From Candidatus Binatia bacterium (GTDB taxonomy: Bacteria; Desulfobacterota; Binatia; UBA9968; JAJDTQ01), in assembly GCA_963666515.2 (NCBI GenBank), contig OY762897.2, forward strand, positions 2,720,001 to 2,784,000: DNA of 64,000 nucleotides. The letters run 5' to 3'. This document shows, piece by piece, positions 43,217-53,719 of the stretch (position 1 is the first letter of the stretch; the number at the start of each line of letters is the position of its first letter). The notes beneath the pieces were generated by a model. That model was not told where the DNA came from, did not search any database, and saw nothing but the letters and a program-made list of their open reading frames with translations. The translations under genes were made by a program, and so were the position numbers.

Positions 43217-44956
43217 TCAGGCGTCCCCGTTCCGGGGCGCGCTCCGGAGGCGGCGGGTCTCGGCCTCGTCGATCCCGGGCGGCCGGCCGCTCACCGCCAC
43301 GCCGTAGACGTCCCGGGCGGTCCCGGCGCTGATGTAGCCGTCCCGGACGTCGTCCAGCACCCTGGACGGCTCCCGCTCGAAGGGGTCGCCGCGGCCGCCG
43401 CCGCCGGCGTAGCGGATGCGGAAGACGTCGCCCTTCTCCAGCCTGAGCCGGCTCACCTTGGACGGAAGCTCCCGCTCCCGCTCGGTGCCCGGGTTCAGGA
43501 AGGCCGAAGACGGCAGCGCGTCGCCGGCGCCGTGGAGCCCGGGGGCGGAATACTTGAAGCGGTCGCTGCGGAGGTTCACGAACGCCTCGTCGCCGGTCAT
43601 CTTCCAGTCCCGCACCATGCCCAGGCCGCCGCGGTAGCGGCCGGCGCCGCCCGATTCCTCGAACAGCTCGTAGCGCTCGATCCGGATGGGGAACTCGGTC
43701 TCCAGCGGCTCCACCGGGGTGTTCATCACGTTGATGACCAGCGAGTTCAGCACCGCCGGGCCGTCGCTCTCGGCGCGCGCTCCGCCGCCGCCGCAATTGA
43801 GGTCGTAGAGCGAGAACCACCGCCCCCGGTCCACGTCCTGGCCCGAGATGGAGACCGAGCCGCCCGCGCCGCTGTCCGGCGCCGGCACCACCTCGGGCAG
43901 GGCCTCGGCCAGCACCATCTGCACCACCGAGGTGACCATCTGGGCGGGACGCACGTACATGTTCACCGGCGCCGGGTAACGCGGGTTCAGGATCGACCCC
44001 TCGGGCGGAAAGGCCACGTGGATGGGCCGGGAGATGCCCTGGTTCACCGGCAGGTCCGGGCACAGCACGGCCACCGCGAGGCAGTCGATGAAGTTCCGGA
44101 TGACGCAGGGCCGGAGGTTCACCGGGCCGCGGGCCTGCTCCGACGACTCCAGGGTGAAGTGCAGCTCGTCGCCCGCCACCCGCAGGGACGCGGCGATGCG
44201 ATAGGAGCGCTCCCGGTCCAGGCCGTCGTCGTCGAGATAGTCCACGCAGGGACCGTAGTCCCCGTCGGAGATCCTCTCGATGGCCTTGCGCACCTCCGCC
44301 TCGCAGATGTCCATCCACTGCGCCCAGCACGCGGTCACCTCGGCCGAGCCGTGCTGGTCCATCAGCTCCGCCAGCTTGCGCAGTCCGTAGAAGTTGGTCT
44401 GGGCCTGGGCCTGGATGTCCCCCCAGGTGATCTCCGGCGTGCGCGTGTTGGCCATGACGATGGTCTTGAGGTCCTCGTTGACCTCGCCCGCGCGGTAGAG
44501 CCGGAGCGCCGGCAGCAGGAGCCCTTCCTGGATCACGTCGGTGGCGTCCGGCGAGTTGGTGCCCGGCACCTTGCCGCCCAGGTCCGGCTTGTGCGCGGTG
44601 TTGCCGATGAAGGCCACGCGCCGGCCCTTGTCGAACACCGGCGAGACCACGGTGACGTCGGTGGCGTGGTTCTGGCAGGCGAAGTAGGGGTGGTTCAGGA
44701 TGAAGACGTCCCCCTCCACCATGTCCTCGCCGAACACCCGGATGACCTCGCCCACCTGAGCCGAGATGCCGCCGATGTGGAGCGGCTGCGGCAGTCCCTG
44801 GGTCACCATGCGCCCGGCGCCGTCGAAGATCGTGAAGGTGAAGTCCTGGCTCTCCTTGATCACGCTCGAATAGCCGGTCCGGAGCATGTTGAGAGCCAGC
44901 TCCTTGGCGATCTGCGCGGTGGCCCGGTAGACCACTTCCATCTGCACGGCATCCAT
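43217..44956 (-). CDS. Hydantoinase B/oxoprolinase subunit
   Basis: SSVIKESQDF, GDVFILNHPY, HKPDLGG, NTPVE, SGGAGRYRGG, GGGGRGDP. Confidence 0.93.
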   Translation of the reverse strand: MDAVQMEVVYRATAQIAKELALNMLRTGYSSVIKESQDFTFTIFDGAGRMVTQGLPQPLHIGGISAQVGEVIRVFGEDMVEGDVFILNHPYFACQNHATDVTVVSPVFDKGRRVAFIGNTAHKPDLGGKVPGTNSPDATDVIQEGLLLPALRLYRAGEVNEDLKTIVMANTRTPEITWGDIQAQAQTNFYGLRKLAELMDQHGSAEVTACWAQWMDICEAEVRKAIERISDGDYGPCVDYLDDDGLDRERSYRIAASLRVAGDELHFTLESSEQARGPVNLRPCVIRNFIDCLAVAVLCPDLPVNQGISRPIHVAFPPEGSILNPRYPAPVNMYVRPAQMVTSVVQMVLAEALPEVVPAPDSGAGGSVSISGQDVDRGRWFSLYDLNCGGGGARAESDGPAVLNSLVINVMNTPVEPLETEFPIRIERYELFEESGGAGRYRGGLGMVRDWKMTGDEAFVNLRSDRFKYSAPGLHGAGDALPSSAFLNPGTERERELPSKVSRLRLEKGDVFRIRYAGGGGRGDPFEREPSRVLDDVRDGYISAGTARDVYGVAVSGRPPGIDEAETRRLRSAPRNGDA

Positions 44957-45154
44957 GACGACGATTCTCCCGGAGGTTCAAGAGTCAAGAGTTGTCGTAA
45001 CATGATCGCATGACGCGGGCCACCCGCGCCCCGGCCCGTGACGATGAGGACTGCGCTGGCTTGAAATTCCTGCCGGGCGGAGCTATTTTAATATGGACCG
45101 TTACAGAAATTTCTGAGGCAGGTCTCAGAGACAGGTCTTTACGGAGGCTGACCC

Positions 45155-45895
45155 ATGGCGAAACAAGTTCTCTTTTCCGCAGAAATCGACTATCCCGATT
45201 CGGACGGCAAGCCGCTGGCCGAAAGCGACTTCCAGTTCGACCCGCTGACCTACGCGCGCAACGCGCTACGGTACCACTACCGCGATCGATCCGACGTGTA
45301 CGTCGCGGGCAACATGCTGATCTACTACGAAGAGGGCAACGTGAAGGCGCGGGTGGCGCCGGACGTATTCGTGGTGATGGGGGCGACGCCCTACGACCGC
45401 TCGTCGTACCTGTTATGGCGGGAACCCAAGGGACCGGACTGGGTCCTGGAGGTGACGTCGCGGAGCACGCGGCGCGAAGACCAGGGAAGGAAGCGGGAGC
45501 TGTACCGCGAGTTGGGGGTCACGGAGTACTGGCAATACGACCCGACCGGGGATTATCTGGCGCCGCAGTTGCAGGGATTGGAACTGGTGTCGGGGCAGTA
45601 TGAGCGTTTGGCGGCGCGGAAGGCGGCGGCCGGCGGTTTGACGATGTGGAGTCGCGTCCTGGAGCTGGAGTTGCGGCTGGAGAGCCGCGGATTGCGGTTC
45701 TACGATCCGGCCACGGGGCAGTACCTGCTGACCCTCGCGGAGGCGGAAGACGAACGCCGGCGCGAGAAACAGGCGCGACAGGCCGCAGAACAGGCAAGAC
45801 AGGCCGCAGAACGCGCGGCCGCGGAAGCCCAGGCCCGCGCCGCGGCGCTGGAAGCGCAACTGGCGAAGGGCCGCGGCAGCAGCGAACCTGAATGA
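45155..45895 (+). CDS. Uma2-family PD-(D/E)XK endonuclease
   Basis: YPDSDGKPLAES, VAPDVFVV, VLEVTSRST, LGVTEYWQYDP; coiled-coil tail. Confidence 0.9.
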   Translation: MAKQVLFSAEIDYPDSDGKPLAESDFQFDPLTYARNALRYHYRDRSDVYVAGNMLIYYEEGNVKARVAPDVFVVMGATPYDRSSYLLWREPKGPDWVLEVTSRSTRREDQGRKRELYRELGVTEYWQYDPTGDYLAPQLQGLELVSGQYERLAARKAAAGGLTMWSRVLELELRLESRGLRFYDPATGQYLLTLAEAEDERRREKQARQAAEQARQAAERAAAEAQARAAALEAQLAKGRGSSEPE

Positions 45896-45931
45896 CGCGG
45901 TTGGCCCGGCGGCTATGCTTTCGACTCCTTT

Positions 45932-46033
45932 AGCACTCCAGAGCGGACGGTACAGATACTGATCGGCCAGCCGCAATAGAAAGTCACGGAACCCGGCGGG
46001 ATACAGAACATTGGCGTCGAGCAACGCCTTCAT
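45932..46033 (-). pseudogene. Truncated PIN-domain (VapC-like) toxin, N-terminal ~34 aa only
   Basis: MKALLDANVLYPAGFRDFLLRLADQYLYRPLWSA is a typical PIN start; the frame then runs antisense into Uma2 with no PIN-like sequence. Confidence 0.7.
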
Positions 46034-46045
46034 TCCGTTCCTCGG

Positions 46046-46504
46046 CTATTGCATTCCGAGTTCCTGATCCTGGGCCGTCAAGGTGTCGAGAGCATCCCGG
46101 CGGCGGGACTCTGTAGCTCGACGGTAGGCCAGGATGTCGTCAGTACGCACACGCCGATGCGTTCCGACCTTGCGGCAAGGTATCCGCCCTTCGTCGATCA
46201 ACCGCACCAGAAAGGTTCTCGAAACCTGCAGGAGATCGGCCGCCTGCCGGGTAGTCAGTTCGACGTGCAACGGTGTCAGCGCCACGGCATAGCCGCGGGC
46301 CATCTGGTTGAGCATCTCCCGGAGAAGACGAACCGCTTGGGCGGGAATTTCCACGGCTTCTTCGCCAGTGATGCCGAGTCGGACAGGCACCGGCTCCGTC
46401 CTATCGCTCAACGCCGCGAGTTTTGAAGCTGTTCGGGCTGCTAGAACGAGATCCCTTTCGCTGACGAGGCTCGTCTCCTTGTTTTCGTCCATCCCGTCAT
46501 CCAT
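46046..46504 (-). CDS. Excisionase-like HTH DNA-binding protein (likely antitoxin partner of the PIN gene)
   Basis: ELTTRQAADLLQVSRTFLVRLIDEGRIPCRKVGTHRRV; ends LTAQDQELGM. Confidence 0.85.
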   Translation of the reverse strand: MDDGMDENKETSLVSERDLVLAARTASKLAALSDRTEPVPVRLGITGEEAVEIPAQAVRLLREMLNQMARGYAVALTPLHVELTTRQAADLLQVSRTFLVRLIDEGRIPCRKVGTHRRVRTDDILAYRRATESRRRDALDTLTAQDQELGMQ

Positions 46505-46717
46505 CGGTCTGCCTCCCTTCCGATAGCCATCATAAGCTGTAAACGACACAAACGCAACATCTAACACGAATGAAACCCACCCTCATTTCGGTTACGCGGC
46601 TCAACGACTGGACCAGTTCCCCCGTTCGTAGTAGTGTCTCCCCGACTCGGACAGTGTCTGGCAATCCGTCAAGAAGCGTTGCCGAGTCCGCCCACGGCAA
46701 CGCTGGAGGTCGCGGTT

Positions 46718-47548
46718 ATGGCACCCAGCCTCTTCTCCATCGCGGGACCGCTTGTGCTGGCCGGGACCCTGGTCCTGTCTGCAACGGCCGGCAGCGCCGC
46801 CGAAGGCAGGCACGCGGGCATGGTGCTCATCCCTGCCGGGGAGTTCACCATGGGCCGCGATGGCGGTCCGGGTGAGGAGGGGCCTGCCCACAAGCTCTTC
46901 CTGCCGGCGTTCTTCATCGACCGGAACCTGGTCACCATGAAGGAGTACGCCAGGTTCATCCAGGCCAAGGGACCGGTGGGCCCCAAGGGCGAGCAGTATC
47001 TGGACGTGGCGGACGACGACAATCGAATCCATCTGGTAGACGATGCCTGGCGGGTGGAGCCCGGCTGGGAGGACCACCCGGCCTCGGAAATGGCCTGGCA
47101 CGGCGCCGTCGCCTACTGCAAGTGGCTGGAGAAGCAGCTTCCCAGCGAGGCGGAATGGGAGAAAGCCGCTCGCGGCGCCGACGGCAGGCTGTACCCGTGG
47201 GGCAATGGCCCGCCGACGCCGGAACTGGCCTTCTTCGGCGGCTGGCGCGGCGAGTCCGTGCCGGTAGGGCGCTATCCCAAAGGGCGCAGTCCCTACGGGG
47301 TGCTGGACATGGCCGGCCAGGTGTGGGAGTGGACCCGCTCCGTTGCCATGCAGTATCCCTACAACCCGAAGGACGGGCGGGAGGACCTGTCGGCGCGGTA
47401 CCCGAGGGTGACCCGGGGCGGCAACGCCTCCAGCGACCACGAGGGGCTCACCGCCACCTCCCGGCACACCGTGGACCCCGGCAGGCAGGCGCGGGGGCAC
47501 GCCTACTACGGCTTCCGCTGCGTGTCCCGGGTCGAGATGGTATTTTAG
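46718..47548 (+). CDS. Secreted FGE/SUMF1-fold (PvdO/EgtB-like) protein
   Basis: Signal peptide, IPAGEFTMG, LPSEAEWEKAARG, DMAGQVWEW, RGG, GFRC; no FGE catalytic Cys pair. Confidence 0.88.
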   Translation: MAPSLFSIAGPLVLAGTLVLSATAGSAAEGRHAGMVLIPAGEFTMGRDGGPGEEGPAHKLFLPAFFIDRNLVTMKEYARFIQAKGPVGPKGEQYLDVADDDNRIHLVDDAWRVEPGWEDHPASEMAWHGAVAYCKWLEKQLPSEAEWEKAARGADGRLYPWGNGPPTPELAFFGGWRGESVPVGRYPKGRSPYGVLDMAGQVWEWTRSVAMQYPYNPKDGREDLSARYPRVTRGGNASSDHEGLTATSRHTVDPGRQARGHAYYGFRCVSRVEMVF

Positions 47549-47567
47549 CGACTACACCGGAGGTAAC

Positions 47568-48686
47568 ATGGCCCTGTTTTTCCATTCACAAGACGTGGAC
47601 GAGCTGGTTCCGTTCCCGGAAGCCGTCTCCATAACCGAAGCGGCGCTCAGGAAGATCGCCACCCCGGAGGGGGTGAACGCGCCCCGCAAGCGCCTGAATT
47701 TGCACAGGAATGTGGGGGAAGCGCCCTTCGACACCGTGCTCAACATCTACGCCGGCGGGGCCGCTACCTATGGAGCGGTGGGCGCCCAGGTGGCGCTGCA
47801 CCGCAAGGCCATCGTGGGCGACCAGCAGCGGCGTCCGCCCTACAACCCGGACCAGACCGAGCTGGCGGTGATCTACGACGCCGACACCGGCACGCTGCTG
47901 GGGGTTATGGCGCATCGCCCCAAGCACGCGGCCGGGGTGGCCGACCTGCGGACGCCGGCCACGAGCCTCGCGGGCCTCGACCGGCTGGCCAAGGACGGCG
48001 CCCGGAGGGTCGGCATCTACGGCTCCGGCAACCAGGCCTACTCCACCTTCGTGGGACTGACCGAACTGCGGCAGATCGACAGCGCCAAGGTGTTCAGCCC
48101 CACGCCGGCGCACCGGGAGGCCTTCGCCAGGAAGATGACGGAGATCACCGGGGTGCCGGTGGAGCCGGTGGAGGAAGCCCCCCGGGCGGCCCAGGACGTG
48201 GACATCGTGCTGTGCATGACCAACACCAATGTCCCGGTCATCGACGGCTCGTGGCTGGAGCCCGGCCAGTACGTCATCTCGGTCATCGGCAGCAACATCG
48301 AGCTGGTGAAGAGCGGCAACCTCGACAAGCCGCGCCGCGAGATCGACGACGGCACGCTCCGGCGGTGCGATTTCATCGTCGCCCTGTCCCGGGAGCAGGC
48401 GGTGGACTCCCAGCAGGGGGACATCTACTGGCCGGTCCAGGACGGGATCATCTCCTGGGACAAGGTCATCGACATATCGGACATTTTGACCGGAAAGGCC
48501 CCGGGCCGCACCAGCGACGACCAGATCATCCTCTACAAGAACCAGGGGGGTCAGGGCATCGTCGACATCGCCCTGGCCAGGAAGCTCTACGACTTGGCCC
48601 GGGAGCACCGGAAAGGGTTCGAGCTGGACATACGGCCGCGGGAGAACTGGTGGGTCCAGGGCGGCCGGGAAGACTACTGGACATGA
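47568..48686 (+). CDS. Ornithine cyclodeaminase / mu-crystallin family protein
   Basis: LRTPA, GIYGSGNQA, REID, GRTSDDQIILYKNQG. Confidence 0.88.
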   Translation: MALFFHSQDVDELVPFPEAVSITEAALRKIATPEGVNAPRKRLNLHRNVGEAPFDTVLNIYAGGAATYGAVGAQVALHRKAIVGDQQRRPPYNPDQTELAVIYDADTGTLLGVMAHRPKHAAGVADLRTPATSLAGLDRLAKDGARRVGIYGSGNQAYSTFVGLTELRQIDSAKVFSPTPAHREAFARKMTEITGVPVEPVEEAPRAAQDVDIVLCMTNTNVPVIDGSWLEPGQYVISVIGSNIELVKSGNLDKPRREIDDGTLRRCDFIVALSREQAVDSQQGDIYWPVQDGIISWDKVIDISDILTGKAPGRTSDDQIILYKNQGGQGIVDIALARKLYDLAREHRKGFELDIRPRENWWVQGGREDYWT

Positions 48687-48778
48687 GCCTGCTGGACATG
48701 AGCCGCATACCCCGTTATAAGGTAATCCCGGATCATTAACGAATTTTCATAGAATTCGTCCACTTTCCGGGAGTTCGG

Positions 48779-49087
48779 ATGGCCACAACGGAAGTACCCG
48801 AAACGGTAGTTTGCCCGAACTGCAACCACAACGTCGTCATCAAGCTCTATCAGGTCGACATCAGCATCAACAGCTCCCAGGGCCATTTCCACACCGTCCA
48901 CCACCGGCGCGAGCCGGCCTACACCGTCTACTGCATCAACTGCGGGCATTTCATCACCAACGATCCCACCGGCAGGCCGCCCACCAGGAGCGACGCGCAG
49001 GACAAGCCCCGCAAGACGGCCCCCTCCAAGGCCGCTGCCCGGAAAGAGCCGGGCCGCGCCCCGTCCAGGAAGAAACGGGCGAAATAG
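48779..49087 (+). CDS. Small zinc-ribbon protein with a basic tail
   Basis: CPNC and CINC knuckles; GGAG RBS; K/R/A/P-rich C-terminus. Confidence 0.6.
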   Translation: MATTEVPETVVCPNCNHNVVIKLYQVDISINSSQGHFHTVHHRREPAYTVYCINCGHFITNDPTGRPPTRSDAQDKPRKTAPSKAAARKEPGRAPSRKKRAK

Positions 49088-49133
49088 CTGTTTCCGATCA
49101 ACCTTCCGCCACCCGGTACGGAAAGGGGAGCAC

Positions 49134-50885
49134 ATGGTCGTGAATGAGTCTGTTCGGAAGTTCGTGAACGAAGCGGCAGCCATGTGCCGCCCCGACGACG
49201 TGGTGTGGTGCGACGGCTCAGAAGAGGAGCGGGAACGGCTGACCCAGGTGGCCATCCGCGTCGGCGACCTGATTCCCCTGGACCAGGAGAGCCTTCCCGG
49301 CTGCTACCTCCACCGCAGCGCCGCCAACGACGTGGCGCGCACCGAGCACCTGACCTTCGTGTGCTCCCGCGAGCAGGACGACGCCGGCCCCTCCAACAAC
49401 TGGATGGCGCCGGACGAGGCCTACGACCGGCTCGGCGGGATCTTCAACGGCTCCATGGCCGGCCGGACCATGTACGTCATCCCCTTCCTCATGGGACCCG
49501 CCGGCTCTCCGTTCAGCAAGGTGGGCATCGAGCTTACCGACAGCGTCTACGTCGCCCTGAGCATGCGCGCCATGACCCGCATGGGGGACGTCGCCCTCGA
49601 ACACCTGGGGGGCTCGGACGACTTCACCCGCGGGCTCCACTCCAAGGCCGACCTGCACATCGACCGCCGCTTCATCTGCCACTTTCCCGAGGCCAACACC
49701 ATCTGGAGCGTGGGCTCGGGCTACGGCGGCAACGCGCTGCTGGCGAAGAAGTGCATGGCGCTGCGGCTGGCCAGCGCCCTGGGGGCGCGGGAAGGCTGGC
49801 TCGCCGAGCACATGATGATCGTGGGGATCGAGAGCCCGGAGGGCGAGACCACCTACGTGTGCGGCGCGCTGCCCAGCGCCTGCGGCAAGACCAACCTGGC
49901 CATGCTGGTGCCGCCCAAGTCCATGAAGGGCTGGAAGGTCTTTACGGTGGGGGACGACATCGCCTGGCTGCGGGTGGGCGACGACGGCCGGCTGTGGGCG
50001 GTGAACCCCGAGGCCGGGTTCTTCGGCGTGGTGCCGGGCACCAACTCCAGGACCAACCCCAACGCCATGCGCACGATCCAGAGAAACACCATCTTCACCA
50101 ACGTGGGACTCAAGCCCGACGGCGGCGTGTGGTGGGAGGGGCACGACGACCCCGCGCCCAGGAGCGTCACCGACTGGCGCGGCCGGCCGTGGAGCAAGGA
50201 GGGCCCGGCGGCCCATCCCAACAGCCGCTTCACCGTGCCCGCCTCCGAATGTCCGTCCATCTCTCCGGAGCGGGACAACCCCGACGGCGTGCCCATCAGC
50301 GCCATCCTGTTCGGCGCGCGGCGGCAGAAGCTCGTGCCGCTGGTCTACCAGTCCTTCGACTGGGCCCACGGCACCTTCCTCGGCGCCACCTTGGCCTCCG
50401 AGACCACCGCCGCGGCCACCGGAGCCGTGGGCGTGGTCCGGCGCGACCCCATGGCCATGCTGCCGTTCTGCGGCTACAACATGGCCGACTACTGGAACCA
50501 CTGGCTGTCCATGGGCAAGCGGCTGACCGACCCGCCCAAGGTCTTCCGCGTCAACTGGTTCCAGAGGGACGACCAGGGCGGCTTCCTGTGGCCCGGCTTC
50601 GGCGAGAACCTGCGCGTGCTGCAATGGATCATCGAACGCTCCCGTGACCGCGGGAAGGCCGACGAGACCGCCATCGGCTACCTGCCCAGGCCCTCCGGCA
50701 TCAGCCGCAAGGGCGCCGGCGTGTCGAGCGACGCCATGGGCCGCCTGCTCCACGTGGACCGTGACGGCTGGCGCACCAACCTGCGGAGCCAGTCGGAGTT
50801 CTTCGAGAAGTTCGGAGACCGGCTGCCGGCGGGGATTCGCGAGCAGCACGCCGGCCTCAGGCAACGGCTCCGGGCGGCCGGCTAG
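49134..50885 (+). CDS. pckG: Phosphoenolpyruvate carboxykinase (GTP)
   Basis: GSGYGGNALL, WLAEHM, PSACGKTNLAM, VGDDIAW, AHPNSRF, RRDPMAMLPFCGY. Confidence 0.96.
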   Translation: MVVNESVRKFVNEAAAMCRPDDVVWCDGSEEERERLTQVAIRVGDLIPLDQESLPGCYLHRSAANDVARTEHLTFVCSREQDDAGPSNNWMAPDEAYDRLGGIFNGSMAGRTMYVIPFLMGPAGSPFSKVGIELTDSVYVALSMRAMTRMGDVALEHLGGSDDFTRGLHSKADLHIDRRFICHFPEANTIWSVGSGYGGNALLAKKCMALRLASALGAREGWLAEHMMIVGIESPEGETTYVCGALPSACGKTNLAMLVPPKSMKGWKVFTVGDDIAWLRVGDDGRLWAVNPEAGFFGVVPGTNSRTNPNAMRTIQRNTIFTNVGLKPDGGVWWEGHDDPAPRSVTDWRGRPWSKEGPAAHPNSRFTVPASECPSISPERDNPDGVPISAILFGARRQKLVPLVYQSFDWAHGTFLGATLASETTAAATGAVGVVRRDPMAMLPFCGYNMADYWNHWLSMGKRLTDPPKVFRVNWFQRDDQGGFLWPGFGENLRVLQWIIERSRDRGKADETAIGYLPRPSGISRKGAGVSSDAMGRLLHVDRDGWRTNLRSQSEFFEKFGDRLPAGIREQHAGLRQRLRAAG

Positions 50886-50900
50886 CCGGACGGCCCGGGC

Positions 50901-50936
50901 TGCCTGTTCGTTACGCAACTGCCTGCTTGTTGGGCA
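50901..50936 (+). promoter_or_regulatory. Tandem NtrC-like enhancer boxes upstream of amtB
   Basis: Two TGC-N11-GCA 17-mers (50901-50917, 50920-50936) about 85-120 bp upstream of the sigma54 site. Confidence 0.65.
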
Positions 50937-51021
50937 GCCGCCGCGGCCCCGTGCCCGTGTCGAACGCCGTAAACAACCCCGCCGTGCCGTCTACAGTGAG
51001 CCTGGATCGTCGTCGCGCCGC

Positions 51022-51037
51022 TGGCACGTGATTTGCT
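51022..51037 (+). promoter_or_regulatory. Sigma54 (-24/-12) promoter of amtB-glnK
   Basis: TGGCAC-gtgat-TTGCT. Confidence 0.85.
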
Positions 51038-51106
51038 TCATCTCCTTGCATCCGCCCGGCCTGCTGCACCGCCGGCGCGGAAAACACTCTTCAACGGGGG
51101 ACGAAA

Positions 51107-52717
<1,611 letters not shown>

Positions 52718-52733
52718 CGCCGGGCAGGGTCCC

Positions 52734-53609
52734 ATGCTCATTCGTTTCATCACCTTCGGAGAAAACCCGGCCGTCGTCATCGCGCGCGAGCGCGGGCTCT
52801 TCGCCGCCCGCGGCCTGGAAGTCGAGACCACCCTCACGCGCAGCTCCACCCAGCAGATGCGCGGCCTGGGCGACGGAACCTACGTCGTCGCCTCCACCGC
52901 CTTCGACAACGTCCTCGCATGGTCGGGACGCGAGGGCGCCGACATCCATGCCGTCGCGCGGGCCTCGCAGCGCATGGCCCTGCCGGTGTACGTGCGCCCC
53001 GAGATCCGCGACTGGGACGACCTGCGCGGGAAGCTGCTGGCGGTGGACGCCGTGGACACGGCCTATGCCCTGGTGCTCAGGAAGATCCTGCTGGCCCACG
53101 GGCTCGACCTGGACCGGGGCGACTACCGGCTCGACGGCGTCGGCGCCACCGGACCGCGCTTCGAGTCCATGAACAGCGGCAAGACCTTCGCCGGCATCCT
53201 GAACCCGCCCTGGGACGGGAAGGCCGAAGAGGCGGGGATGAGGCGCATCGCGGACTACCGCGAGGTGCTGCCCAACTACCCGGGAGGGGTCTTCGCGGTT
53301 GCCGCGCGCTGGGCGGAACCCCATCGCGCGGAACTGGTCGCCTTCCTGCGATGCCTCGTGGAGGCGGTCGCCTGGGGCAACGATCCCGGCAACCGGGAGG
53401 CCGCCCTGCAAATGCTGCGGGGAGCCCTGGGGATCGACGGCGAAGGGGCCGCCAAGGAGCTGGCCGCGCTGCCGGCCGCCACCGCGCTCGACCTCGCCGG
53501 CCTGCAGGTGCCGCTGGACCTCCGGGTGTCGTTCGGCATGGCGCCGGGCAAAGGCACGGACCTCGCCGCCTACTACGACCTCCGGTACCACTCCGAAGCC
53601 GCGGTCTAG
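52734..53609 (+). CDS. NMT1/SsuA/THI5-like substrate-binding-fold protein without a signal peptide
   Basis: ARERGLFAARGLEVE, DLRGKLLAVDAVDTAY; starts 16 nt after glnK. Confidence 0.75.
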   Translation: MLIRFITFGENPAVVIARERGLFAARGLEVETTLTRSSTQQMRGLGDGTYVVASTAFDNVLAWSGREGADIHAVARASQRMALPVYVRPEIRDWDDLRGKLLAVDAVDTAYALVLRKILLAHGLDLDRGDYRLDGVGATGPRFESMNSGKTFAGILNPPWDGKAEEAGMRRIADYREVLPNYPGGVFAVAARWAEPHRAELVAFLRCLVEAVAWGNDPGNREAALQMLRGALGIDGEGAAKELAALPAATALDLAGLQVPLDLRVSFGMAPGKGTDLAAYYDLRYHSEAAV

Positions 53610-53632
53610 CGGCCCGTCCAAGCAGTCGAATC

Positions 53633-53661
53633 CCGGGGGGCGACCCGCGGTCGCCCCCCGG
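53633..53661. terminator. GC-rich hairpin downstream of the amtB-glnK-SBP unit
   Basis: ccggggggcgacc-cgc-ggtcgccccccgg perfect inverted repeat; no clear U-tract. Confidence 0.45.
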
Positions 53662-53719
53662 CGCAGCACCCGTTTCGTGTTGAAGCGCCAACTCGTTTGT
53701 AGTAGGGTCTGTCGCCTTC

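Noticed and set aside
45770-45815. Short tandem repeat in the Uma2 3' end (QARQAAE x2)
   Set aside because: Typical variable coiled-coil tail of this family.
45413-46033. Full 206-aa PIN protein
   Set aside because: Only the first ~34 aa look PIN-like; the rest is antisense to Uma2.
46046-46504. Prophage excisionase
   Set aside because: No integrase or phage genes nearby; pairing with a PIN remnant fits a TA antitoxin.
46718-47548. Catalytic formylglycine-generating enzyme
   Set aside because: Lacks the Cys pair after RGG, and no sulfatase is adjacent.
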